Origin: an uncultured Desulfobacter sp.
GTDB lineage: Bacteria > Desulfobacterota > Desulfobacteria > Desulfobacterales > Desulfobacteraceae
Length of the DNA stretch: 64,000 nt
Direction of reading: 5' to 3'
NCBI GenBank assembly: GCA_963665095.1
Contig: OY762069.1
Coordinates: 5,376,001-5,440,000 of the forward strand
The position numbers and the translations under genes were made by a program. Under the pieces are notes generated by a model, which was given only the letters and a program-made list of their open reading frames with translations, was not told where the DNA came from and did not search any database. Positions 29,602 through 38,630 of the stretch are shown here, piece by piece; positions within the stretch are counted from its first letter, which is position 1; every line of letters starts with the position of its first letter.

Positions 29602-30844
29602 TGATGCTCTCCTTTATGATTTTTGAATTTGGTGGATCCGGGAAAGGGACAATGATTTTGCCGTCAAAACCGTATTTGCTGCTTAATTCATGAACAATTT
29701 CGTCCAAAAAATTCCAGGCCAGTATAGCCATGGCGTCAGGCTTTAGCGCCATAATCTTGTCTGGAGAGGAGATGGGGATATGTGATCCAGGAGAGAACAG
29801 GTCATGCTTTAAATCGTTTTTATCTGCAATTCCGGTGATTAACTCTCTATTTATTTTACAAAAATTAAGCAAAGTCGCGCTTCTTGCTGAAGCGCCCCAC
29901 GCAGCAAGGCGTTCGTTGTTTACGTTTGTTTCCTTTATCAAATCAAGGAAATTTTTTTTGTGCTGTTGGGACCGCTTTTCAAATTGTTGCCAGGTTAAAA
30001 GATCATTTAAACGGGTTTGCTGCTCTTGCTTTTCATACTCAATAATATTTGCGGATTTTTTTTGCCTCTTAGTCGAGGCATACACAACAATTGAGCCACC
30101 ACTGATAGGGCTTTCTTCGATATCATGGATGTAAATTCCATGGTTCTCTAAAAGTTTTTCAATACTTTTTAGCGAAAAATAGCAAAGATGCTCATGATAG
30201 ATCGAATCATAATGAAGTTCTTCAACGATCTTGCCTGAGTAGTGAACTTCAATTGCAAGAAGAGTCTGTTCATTCATAAGCATGGAAAGTCCCTTAACAA
30301 AACCATTGGGGTCAGCAACATGGGGCAACACATTACGGGCAAAAACGATATCCGGTATTCCTTTGTCTGATACGATCTGTGCTGCAGTTTCAGCCCCAAA
30401 AAATGCACATTGTGTTAATATCCCATCTTGATTTGCAGTTTTAACGATATTTTCAGCAGGATCTATTCCTAAAATATCTAAGCCATGCTTTTTAAACGGT
30501 TTTAAAAAAGTGCCGTCATTGCTTGCAACTTCAAGTATATAGGATGAATTTTTAAAACAGCATTTCTGTCTAAGCCTGGCACAAAATTGCTGGGCATACT
30601 CCCTTGCCGTGGATGAGGTGGACGTGACCCATACGTAGTTTGAAAAAAGTTTTTCAGGAGAAATCGTATGGTTTAACTGGACAAGGCTGCACTTAGGGCA
30701 AAAGCTTAATGACAAAGGGAAAACAGACTCTTTTTCATCAGAATTTCTACATAATGCATTTGCAAGAGGCTGTTCTCCAAGATCAAAAAAATTAACAAGT
30801 CCCTGGTTTCCGCAGACTCTGCATGCGTTTATTTTAGTTATCAT
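29585..30844 (-). CDS. NDP-sugar C3-methyltransferase (NovU/EryBIII/KijD1-type, zinc-binding N-terminus)
   Basis: CRVCG..DLGEQPLAN..CPKCSLVQL, EVASNDG, YDSIYHEHLCYFS, WGASARSATLLNF, ILAWNF. Confidence 0.88.
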   Translation of the reverse strand: MITKINACRVCGNQGLVNFFDLGEQPLANALCRNSDEKESVFPLSLSFCPKCSLVQLNHTISPEKLFSNYVWVTSTSSTAREYAQQFCARLRQKCCFKNSSYILEVASNDGTFLKPFKKHGLDILGIDPAENIVKTANQDGILTQCAFFGAETAAQIVSDKGIPDIVFARNVLPHVADPNGFVKGLSMLMNEQTLLAIEVHYSGKIVEELHYDSIYHEHLCYFSLKSIEKLLENHGIYIHDIEESPISGGSIVVYASTKRQKKSANIIEYEKQEQQTRLNDLLTWQQFEKRSQQHKKNFLDLIKETNVNNERLAAWGASARSATLLNFCKINRELITGIADKNDLKHDLFSPGSHIPISSPDKIMALKPDAMAILAWNFLDEIVHELSSKYGFDGKIIVPFPDPPNSKIIKESISGKRK

Positions 30845-32691
30845 CTATTTGAACCATCTAATTTAGTCATTAGTTTCAGAAGACTCTTTTTAATTTCAGA
30901 AGCTATTTTTTCTTCTGCACCTTTGGCTAAATGGTAGGGAATCATAAAATAATATGGCAATAGTGAGGCTGAATAGTCCTTTTGCTCAATACGGCCATCA
31001 TCTGGAATATAGCAGATCAGACCGTTGGTGCATCCTAACATAAATGTGGAAGTAAAAAAGTGGCTGACTGTGTTTTCAATACATTGTTCCAGACTTGGAA
31101 AAAATGCAGCAGGTAGAATAATAAGTGAAATCTCGTTATTTATAATTATAAGTTGAATGTTCAATGCAAGTGCATTGGGAAAATTTCCATCAGGATATGC
31201 TGTTGTAATTCTTGACGCCCAATCTTTAATAACCGGAAGGGTCTCAGAATTGTTTTTAAGTTCATTAATGTTGTTGATACAAGGTATTTCTTGTAGTGGA
31301 ATATAAATTTGCTTATTTTCTAATACAATGTCAAATTTGTTTAATGCAGTGAGCCGACTGCTATCTAATGTTGATATGATTTTCTGAGCTGCTCGCCGTG
31401 CCTTTATTCTTGTGTCAGATAGTTGTTCGCCACGGCCGTCATCCTTGCGGTTTTCTGTATACCCGGAAGCAGCCGTTAAAAACATAACATAATCTGCTTT
31501 ACCGGAATTGATCAAAGCTTCTTTAAAATATCCTGGAAAATCGGCTGATATATTGCCTTCAAGAAGAGAAGAATTAAACTGCCAGCTCTGATTGGCCATG
31601 ATTATCTGTTTTTGACTTGTTTTTTGTTTTATCAAGGCAAACGGCAACGATGACCCATCGGGCTTGCCCCAATATATATAGGACTCTTCGCAATTTTGAT
31701 CTATAGTTCCAAGGGTGTTGCATATCATGCTTGTTAAGCTTGTGCAGTACTGCCCATTATATACTCCTAAATCTGAATGAATATGAGGCATTGTTCCCGG
31801 GGCATGTTGAGTATGCGACGCATTTAAAATAATCGCTTCTGGTGAAACCCCTATTTTTAAAGCCTCTTTTTTTATCATTTCAACCATATGAGAGCTAAAT
31901 CCGAAGATATCAGCCGTAATAAACAGTAAATTTTTCTGCTCTGGGCCCTTAATATAAAGTATCTGGCATTTTAAATATGTACGAAAACCTGTGGCTCTCC
32001 TTTGTGGGCTGAACGTGCCTTGAAGGAAAATAGGTGTATTGGGTGATATGACACCGGGAGTAATAATAATTTCTTTAAATCCAGTATAAAATTGGGTTGC
32101 TGGATTTATAGAACAATTTGCGACTTCGCCTTTAATAGAAGTATTGCTGTCGTCTTTTTCATTGGGCGCTGATAAAGAAGCTGTATCATTGTATAAAGAA
32201 GCTGTATCATTGTATTGGGTATAGGCTTTGGCAGCATCGGAATATTTAGAATTTCCGGTTAAGATGAAAGATATATTCAGGCATGCTGTTGCCGCCGTTA
32301 TTTCATTTGAATTCTCTAATTCCCGGGCAAGATTATAATAGAGCTGCGCAATTTTTTGGGAATCACCTATACGGCTCAATTCATGCTGTATATGATTGTT
32401 TATAAGCCACAATGATATATCAAGAAATTTTCGGCTTTCATTTTGCCTAAGCATTAATTCGGCAATGATTGCAAGAATATGAACCGGGGCATCAGAATAA
32501 TCAGTCAAACTATTGAGATATTGTTGAATATCACTTTGAAGCGTATTAAAATCCTCAAACTTTCGTGACAAGATGATTCGATCAAAAATAAGTGCATCTT
32601 GAGCCTTTTCATCAGATTTTTTGCTGTGATTGCCATTAGATACGGGACGTTTAATTTTCATATATGAAGGCGTTTTGGTCTCTTTTTTCAT
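30841..32691 (-). CDS. Helical N-terminal domain fused to a degenerate neutral/alkaline ceramidase-like amidohydrolase domain
   Basis: LLFITADIFG, IILNASHTQHAPG (cf. ATHTHSGP), ISADFPGY, LGCTNGLICYIP. Confidence 0.6.
   Translation of the reverse strand: MKKETKTPSYMKIKRPVSNGNHSKKSDEKAQDALIFDRIILSRKFEDFNTLQSDIQQYLNSLTDYSDAPVHILAIIAELMLRQNESRKFLDISLWLINNHIQHELSRIGDSQKIAQLYYNLARELENSNEITAATACLNISFILTGNSKYSDAAKAYTQYNDTASLYNDTASLSAPNEKDDSNTSIKGEVANCSINPATQFYTGFKEIIITPGVISPNTPIFLQGTFSPQRRATGFRTYLKCQILYIKGPEQKNLLFITADIFGFSSHMVEMIKKEALKIGVSPEAIILNASHTQHAPGTMPHIHSDLGVYNGQYCTSLTSMICNTLGTIDQNCEESYIYWGKPDGSSLPFALIKQKTSQKQIIMANQSWQFNSSLLEGNISADFPGYFKEALINSGKADYVMFLTAASGYTENRKDDGRGEQLSDTRIKARRAAQKIISTLDSSRLTALNKFDIVLENKQIYIPLQEIPCINNINELKNNSETLPVIKDWASRITTAYPDGNFPNALALNIQLIIINNEISLIILPAAFFPSLEQCIENTVSHFFTSTFMLGCTNGLICYIPDDGRIEQKDYSASLLPYYFMIPYHLAKGAEEKIASEIKKSLLKLMTKLDGSNR
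32172..32215. repeat. In-frame 21-bp tandem duplication (YNDTASL x2)
   Basis: ATAAAGAAGCTGTATCATTGT repeated perfectly at 32172 and 32193. Confidence 0.9.
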
Positions 32692-32700
32692 GGTCTCATT

Positions 32701-33744
32701 TTATTTGACATTACTGGTTTTAAATAACAATTTGTCAATCTTGTCAGACTGCAGTAAATAATTCAATTGAGCTAAGCGGTTTGTCTGCCTTCCCCTGAAT
32801 TGAGCTTCGGTGAATCCGATCTGTTTAAAACAGTCAATCAGCTCCTGCCCCCCTCGTATCAAATTCCACTCAGGTTTATAATAATCTTTTAAAACAGATA
32901 ATATTTTTTTAAAGCTGACTTTATACGTTCTTGAATCTGGTCCGTGTTCTCCTGTAAAAGTCAAAGTGCTTCCAGGCACCACTTTCTGCGCGGCTTCGGC
33001 CAGTTGCCTTACCGTAAAATTTCCGTTTTCAATGCCCACATTAAAAGCCTGGTTGGCAACCAGCTCTTCAGGTGCCTCCAACCCCGCAATGAATGCATTG
33101 CATACGTCACGTATATGAATGACTGGTCGAAATGGTGTACCATCACTTTTAATTTCTATTACGCCTGTTGTATAGGCGCAGGCCACAAGATTGTTGAATA
33201 CGATATCACACCTGAGCCTTGGGCTTACACCAAAAACCGTTGAAGGCCTGAAGCAGGCTACTGTAAAATTGTTGTCCCCAAGTGCTTTCAATGCACATTC
33301 TGCTTCCCACTTGGTTTTTGCGTATGCGGTCAAAGGGTTTTTCTCACTTGCGTCTTCATCCAGTTCGTCTTCTGTTTTCGAGATACCGTACATACTTTGG
33401 GAAGATGCATAGACAAACCGTTTTACGCCGTTTTCTTTTGCTATGTTTGCGAGTTTTAAAGTGCCCTTCAGGTTGATCTCCTCAGTGTATAGCGGTTGAA
33501 ATTCCCCTAAGGGGTCATTTGAAAGGGCGGCAAGGTGGATAACAGCGTCAATACCCCTAAGGTCCTCCGGGGTTATTTGGCGAATATCTTTTGTAATCAT
33601 AGGGTATGACAAACCTGTGCCGAACAGTTCACAACCCGCATAATATTCTGTGTCATATCCGGTGACCGAATAGCCTTTTTCTATTAAGATCTGTACGAGA
33701 ACCGGGCCGATGTAACCTCGGTCGCCTGTGACCAATATGTTCAT
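32701..33744 (-). CDS. NAD-dependent nucleotide-sugar epimerase/dehydratase
   Basis: VTGDRGYIG, IHLAALSNDP, ASSQSMYG, YAKTK, RPSTVFG, DGTPFRP. Confidence 0.88.
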   Translation of the reverse strand: MNILVTGDRGYIGPVLVQILIEKGYSVTGYDTEYYAGCELFGTGLSYPMITKDIRQITPEDLRGIDAVIHLAALSNDPLGEFQPLYTEEINLKGTLKLANIAKENGVKRFVYASSQSMYGISKTEDELDEDASEKNPLTAYAKTKWEAECALKALGDNNFTVACFRPSTVFGVSPRLRCDIVFNNLVACAYTTGVIEIKSDGTPFRPVIHIRDVCNAFIAGLEAPEELVANQAFNVGIENGNFTVRQLAEAAQKVVPGSTLTFTGEHGPDSRTYKVSFKKILSVLKDYYKPEWNLIRGGQELIDCFKQIGFTEAQFRGRQTNRLAQLNYLLQSDKIDKLLFKTSNVK

Positions 33745-33764
33745 AATTTCACCAATGAATTCGC

Positions 33765-34307
33765 TTAGTATTCTATTTTTCCAATCAGGTAATCCACAAT
33801 TGCCACAAGCCAGATGTGGTGAGCCATTTCAACAATGTTATATCCTTTGCTCTCCACCCAGTAATTTATGTCACCCAGTTTTGAAAGGGGATTGTTTTTA
33901 TCAAACCCTGAACAGGTGATAACAGGGAGACCTATGTCTTTTGCTTTTTGAACACCATTTATAATGTTTAATGATTTTCCGCTGCTGCTTATTGCAATCA
34001 GCATATCATTTTTATCTGCATAACACTCCAGGGCTTTCTCAAACCACCTCTCATACCCAAAATCATTTGCGAAACAGGTAATAAGATCCGCCTCATTAAA
34101 CGAAATTGACCTGATCCCGGCATTTTTGGTCAAATCAACTGATATATGACTTGCCATAGCTGCGCTTCCCCCATTCCCAAGAATGATGACCTTTCCACCT
34201 TCTTTACTGGTAGCGCGCATCATGTCAACCGCTTTTACCAATTGCTCTGAATCAATGGCAGATACCTTGGAATGGATTAAATCAAAATACTCTTTAAAAA
34301 AGTTCAT
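33765..34307 (-). CDS. gmhA: SIS-domain phosphoheptose isomerase-like protein
   Basis: GNGGSAA, ANDFGYE, ISSSGKSLN; divergent from canonical GmhA (AMASH, EMAH). Confidence 0.75.
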   Translation of the reverse strand: MNFFKEYFDLIHSKVSAIDSEQLVKAVDMMRATSKEGGKVIILGNGGSAAMASHISVDLTKNAGIRSISFNEADLITCFANDFGYERWFEKALECYADKNDMLIAISSSGKSLNIINGVQKAKDIGLPVITCSGFDKNNPLSKLGDINYWVESKGYNIVEMAHHIWLVAIVDYLIGKIEY

Positions 34308-34330
34308 TGCGCCACATTTTTGTTAATTTT

Positions 34331-34951
34331 TTACCCATAAATCAAAATATCGGCATTCCCATGGGTTGCCTTAATAAAAATAACCTCTTCCTTTTCTCTA
34401 TCGGAAAGGATTTTCTCATAAATATTTTTATCTATTTTTTTTGTAAGGGAATAGAAATCCTTAAGTCTCTGCTTCCGAACTGTGTCAGGGATGTCTACAA
34501 AAATTTTTAATGTGGCGATTTCCATGAGCTCCGGGATGGCTAATGCCACAACTCCTTCCACAATCAAAACGCCTTCATTGGGCGCCAGGGAGATTTGCTT
34601 ATCTGATAACTCTTTTATCCGCTTCCTGTTGACAGCATCATATACAGGAGGATAGATACTGTCACCCGATTGTAATTTCTTAATGGATGAAACGATTGCC
34701 GCTGTCTCATACCGTTCCAAAACAGTAGATTCAACGCTTCTTTTTTCCAGACTCACCAACCAGGAATCCAACTGGACTATCAATGAATGAATCCCCATTG
34801 ATTGCAATTGTTCCTGCAGGTTCCAGGCCAATGTTGTTTTTCCTGCCCGGGAGCATCCGCCAATTATAACGGTTATAATCTTTTTATCGGAATCAATCAG
34901 GGTTGACTCAATATTGCTTGCTACCTCCTCATAGCAGGAAAGCTTAAGCAT
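34331..34951 (-). CDS. P-loop kinase, uridine kinase/phosphoribulokinase family
   Basis: IGGCSRAGKTT Walker A, LDSW, PVYD, LIVEG, KIFVD. Confidence 0.75.
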   Translation of the reverse strand: MLKLSCYEEVASNIESTLIDSDKKIITVIIGGCSRAGKTTLAWNLQEQLQSMGIHSLIVQLDSWLVSLEKRSVESTVLERYETAAIVSSIKKLQSGDSIYPPVYDAVNRKRIKELSDKQISLAPNEGVLIVEGVVALAIPELMEIATLKIFVDIPDTVRKQRLKDFYSLTKKIDKNIYEKILSDREKEEVIFIKATHGNADILIYG

Positions 34952-36131
34952 GAAGGATTTCCCGTTTTACAATCTCCAGAAGTGGGGATTTATCGTTTAC
35001 TAAAATGGTTTTGCATCCTGCGGCTGTTCCTGCCTCAAGGTCCCGCTGGTCATCGCCTACGAAAAATGTTTTTGACAGATCCAGATTATACTCTTTTGCT
35101 GCTTTATACAGCATGCCGGGCTTAGGTTTTCTGCAGTCGCACCCTTCGTCCCAGCCATGGGGACAATGGTAAATTTTTTCTATTCTGACATCATGCTTAT
35201 TTAATTCATTTTTCATATTTTTATGAATTTCTTCAAGTTCTGCTTCTGTCATAAAGCCGCGGGCTATACCGGCCTGGTTGGTAATGATGAAAATTATATA
35301 GCCCTTTTGTGCAAGCAACGCCATCGCTTTAACAGATCCCGGAAGAAATTCAAATACCTTCCAGGAGGTAATATACTCGGATTTAGGTGCTTTTTTGTTA
35401 ATAACGCCATCTCTATCAAGAAAAATTACTTTCTTAGGCTGAAGGAATTGTTCTGTTGTAGGTAGCCTTTCAAGGCTGCCTATGCTGTAATATTTGTGAT
35501 CAGTTAAATAGCCTGACAGCTGGTGCTTCTTTATTAATTGAGGAAGAATTTCTTTTTCAAATGAAAAATTTGTTTCCGGCATCAACGATAGGATTTTTTT
35601 ATTTAAAATATAAAATCCGATTTCCACACCGTTGAGCTGGGTATTGGTACGGGATTTATCATAACGCAAGACATACCCATCTTCACTAACCAGCATGTTG
35701 TTTTTTGTGGCGCCATCTTTATTTGTATAAACAGTGACGGTTGCCATGGTTTGGTTTTTACTGTGTAAAGCAATCAGATTCTGTAGATTCAATGGCCAAT
35801 AATTATCGCAATACATCAAAAGAAAATTGTCCTGCAGGAGCATTTCCGCAGATTTTATTCGTTTTCCGGTTTCAAAAGACACTTCGCCAATAGAATAACG
35901 GATGCATATCCCGAATTTTGATCCATCCTGAAAGTGATCAACTATTTTTTCATGCAAATAGCCAAGAAGCAGAACAACTTCTGAAATTCCATTGTCTTTG
36001 AGTAAATCAATCAGATACTCCAAAAATGGTCTATGATTAAGTCTGATCATAGGCTTCGGAACCGTATCTGTCAGGGGGCGGACCCTTGTTCCCTTTCCGC
36101 CGGCTAAGATAACTGCCTGCTTGACTTTCAC
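34944..36131 (-). CDS. Fusion of sugar-1-phosphate nucleotidyltransferase (HddC-like) and heptose bisphosphate phosphatase (GmhB-like HAD)
   Basis: ILAGGKGTR..PKPM N-domain; FLDRDGVIN, TNQAGI, CPH..CDCRKPKPG, VGDDQRD C-domain; AAGGAG RBS before GTG. Confidence 0.9.
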   Translation of the reverse strand: MKVKQAVILAGGKGTRVRPLTDTVPKPMIRLNHRPFLEYLIDLLKDNGISEVVLLLGYLHEKIVDHFQDGSKFGICIRYSIGEVSFETGKRIKSAEMLLQDNFLLMYCDNYWPLNLQNLIALHSKNQTMATVTVYTNKDGATKNNMLVSEDGYVLRYDKSRTNTQLNGVEIGFYILNKKILSLMPETNFSFEKEILPQLIKKHQLSGYLTDHKYYSIGSLERLPTTEQFLQPKKVIFLDRDGVINKKAPKSEYITSWKVFEFLPGSVKAMALLAQKGYIIFIITNQAGIARGFMTEAELEEIHKNMKNELNKHDVRIEKIYHCPHGWDEGCDCRKPKPGMLYKAAKEYNLDLSKTFFVGDDQRDLEAGTAAGCKTILVNDKSPLLEIVKREILHA

Positions 36132-36345
36132 TGTTGCCTGCTCCTTTTTTCTGATCGTACGCCAGCATATGCCTTTATAGAAAGTCAGAAAGCTACAGCA
36201 ACCATTTCAAAATATACTTTCTGCCTATTTACCGTATCCTGTATAAAATTTAATCCTCACAAAAATTTAAGTATATTCTACTGAGTAAGGTCTATACAAC
36301 CTTAACGCCTAAATACAGGAAAGTTTTTATTTGAAGGCATTTCTA

Positions 36346-36375
36346 CCTATAGGATAGGACCTTCCTTTTTGTCAA
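36346..36375 (-). promoter_or_regulatory. Possible sigma70 promoter of the minus-strand glycan cluster
   Basis: Perfect TTGACA on the minus strand (36375-36370), 18-nt spacer, weak -10 TATAGG. Confidence 0.3.
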
Positions 36376-36549
36376 CTAAAGCATTAAAGGCGCCATAATC
36401 GGAATGATTGCTTCAATATAAGGGTTAAGCAGCGATAGTTACCGGGAGATGATATTTTATTCTGCTTAACAAATCCTCACAAGGCACACATACCATTTTA
36501 GCTGGAATATAATAATAGTAAAACATAATGCATGCATAATTCCCGTGCT

Positions 36550-37581
36550 ATGGAACATCAATATATTAATCGTGAAACAAAACGGGCTGTAACTGAAGCT
36601 TTAAAAGCGGATGCTGTTATTAACACAACCTATTCACTGGTTCGTGAAAATGCCGGTTTATTGTTCCGCTTGCTGATTTCGGCAAGGATGTCAAGCCTGA
36701 TCGGGGCGGTTTGTTATGACAGGCCGTTTGTCAGGCCACTCACCGACATTAAAGCGTTTTTTAATGCCACAGGCATTGATTTAAGTGAGGTGGCCGGTGA
36801 TCCGGCTGAATTGAATTCCTATCGTAAAATTTTTGAGCGGAAGATTCGGTATGAACAGCTTCGCCCTATGCCTGACGAATCGGATATCATTGTCTCTCCG
36901 GCAGATTCAAAACTGCTGGTCGGGTCATTTTCAGACAGTACGCCCATCTTTGTGAAAGATAAATTTTTTGATTTTTGTGAGCTTTTGGGGAAAGACAAGG
37001 GCTGCTGGCTTACTGCCTTTAGCGGTGGTGATTTTGTCGTGACCCGGTTAACGCCTGATAAATATCATTACAACCATACCCCTGTGGCTGGAAGCGTCGT
37101 GGATATTTATGACATTGACGGCTGTTTTCACTCCTGTAACCCCGGTGCTGTGGTCCGTGAAGTAACTCCGTATTCCAAAAACCGCCGGGTGGTTACCGTG
37201 ATTGATACGGATGTGCCGGGAGGGTCAGGGGCAGGCCTTGTGGCTATGGTGGAGGTGGTGGCCATGATGATTGGAAAGATTGTCCAGTGCTACAGCAGAA
37301 AGGGGTACGAGACCCCTCAGCCTGTTGTCCCGGGGCTTTTTATGGAAAAAGGGTGTCCCAAAAGCCTGTATCGGCCTGGCTCTTCCACCACCATCCTTAT
37401 ATTTCAGAAAAAGCGTATCCGGTTTTGTGAGGACATATTGGAAAATTTGCACCGCACCGATGTAAACAGCAGGTTCAGTCAAGGTTTTGGCAGGCCTCTG
37501 GTGGAAACTGAAGTGGGCGTCCGGTCAATGATCGGCAGAGTCTGTGTCCCTGCCGGAAATGAAACTTCGGGAGAATTATAA
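36550..37581 (+). CDS. psd: Phosphatidylserine decarboxylase family protein
   Basis: FERKI, IVSPADSK, RLTPDKYHYNHTPVAG, KNRR, EVVAMMIGKI and self-cleavage-type RPGSST. Confidence 0.82.
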   Translation: MEHQYINRETKRAVTEALKADAVINTTYSLVRENAGLLFRLLISARMSSLIGAVCYDRPFVRPLTDIKAFFNATGIDLSEVAGDPAELNSYRKIFERKIRYEQLRPMPDESDIIVSPADSKLLVGSFSDSTPIFVKDKFFDFCELLGKDKGCWLTAFSGGDFVVTRLTPDKYHYNHTPVAGSVVDIYDIDGCFHSCNPGAVVREVTPYSKNRRVVTVIDTDVPGGSGAGLVAMVEVVAMMIGKIVQCYSRKGYETPQPVVPGLFMEKGCPKSLYRPGSSTTILIFQKKRIRFCEDILENLHRTDVNSRFSQGFGRPLVETEVGVRSMIGRVCVPAGNETSGEL

Positions 37582-38630
37582 TGGCATCTGTTATTTTTGT
37601 TGGCGTGCTTGGACTGTTGATTGCGGCTGTACTCAGATGGGGATTTATAACCCTGCCAAAGGAAAAATGGCAGATGGTGGCGGCGCTCCCCCTGGATAAG
37701 TTGGCCCAGGGGCAGTGGCGGGGGCTGAATCTGACCTGGTATGGCCTTTTGTCGGCAAATGCCTATACATTCAGTGTGGTCATGGCTGTGGTTCTGGCTG
37801 CCTCCGTCGGGGTGCCTGTTTCTGCCCTGGTGGTTTTAACCCTGGCCATACTGGGGGTTACCATTCCGGCATCAAAGATCGTTGCCCGGCTGGTAGAGAA
37901 GAAAAAAGCGACCCTGACCGTAGGTGGGGCCGTATTTGTCGGGGTTGTCACAGCACCATGGATTATTATGCTGGTGAACGTCACCCTTGGCGCGGCCTTA
38001 AAATTTCATGTGCCTGTTGTGGTAATGATGGCCTGTTTAAGCATTGCCTATACCTTTGGTGAATCATTGGGGCGGCTTGCCTGTTTAAGCTTTGGCTGCT
38101 GCTATGGAAAGCCGTTGAGTCAGTGCTCGAAGAAAACCCGCAGACTGTTTTCAAAATTCAATGTGGTTTTTTGGGGGGAAACCAAAAAGGCTGCCTATGC
38201 ATCGGGCCTGGCCGGGGAATCCCTGATTCCCATCCAGATTATTACGGCTGTTATCTATGCCGCATCCGCTCTTATCGGTACGTTGCTGTTTCTCCAGGGA
38301 CTTGCCGGAACCGCTCTGGTGGAAACCCTGGTGGTGACCCAGGTGTGGCGGGTCATCTCTGAATTTTTCCGGGCAGATTTCAGGGGCGACCGTAAATTTT
38401 CCTTGTACCAGATCATGGCACTGGCTGCTGTGGCTTACACCTTTGTGATCCTTCCTTTCTTTTCTGCTCCCCTGGTGGAGGCCTCTTTGTCCAACGGGTT
38501 TGCCGCACTGTGGCATCCGGGAATGATCCTGTTTTTTCAGGGAATCTGGATTATCTCCTTTCTTCACATGGGCAGAAGCTCTGTTACGGCATCGCAGATT
38601 TCCTTTCACGTGGTCAAGGAAAATATTTAA
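37581..38630 (+). CDS. Prolipoprotein diacylglyceryl transferase (Lgt)-like membrane protein
   Basis: TWYG, multiple TM helices, LGRLACLSFGCCYGKP, PIQ, RVISEFFRAD. Confidence 0.75.
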   Translation: MASVIFVGVLGLLIAAVLRWGFITLPKEKWQMVAALPLDKLAQGQWRGLNLTWYGLLSANAYTFSVVMAVVLAASVGVPVSALVVLTLAILGVTIPASKIVARLVEKKKATLTVGGAVFVGVVTAPWIIMLVNVTLGAALKFHVPVVVMMACLSIAYTFGESLGRLACLSFGCCYGKPLSQCSKKTRRLFSKFNVVFWGETKKAAYASGLAGESLIPIQIITAVIYAASALIGTLLFLQGLAGTALVETLVVTQVWRVISEFFRADFRGDRKFSLYQIMALAAVAYTFVILPFFSAPLVEASLSNGFAALWHPGMILFFQGIWIISFLHMGRSSVTASQISFHVVKENI

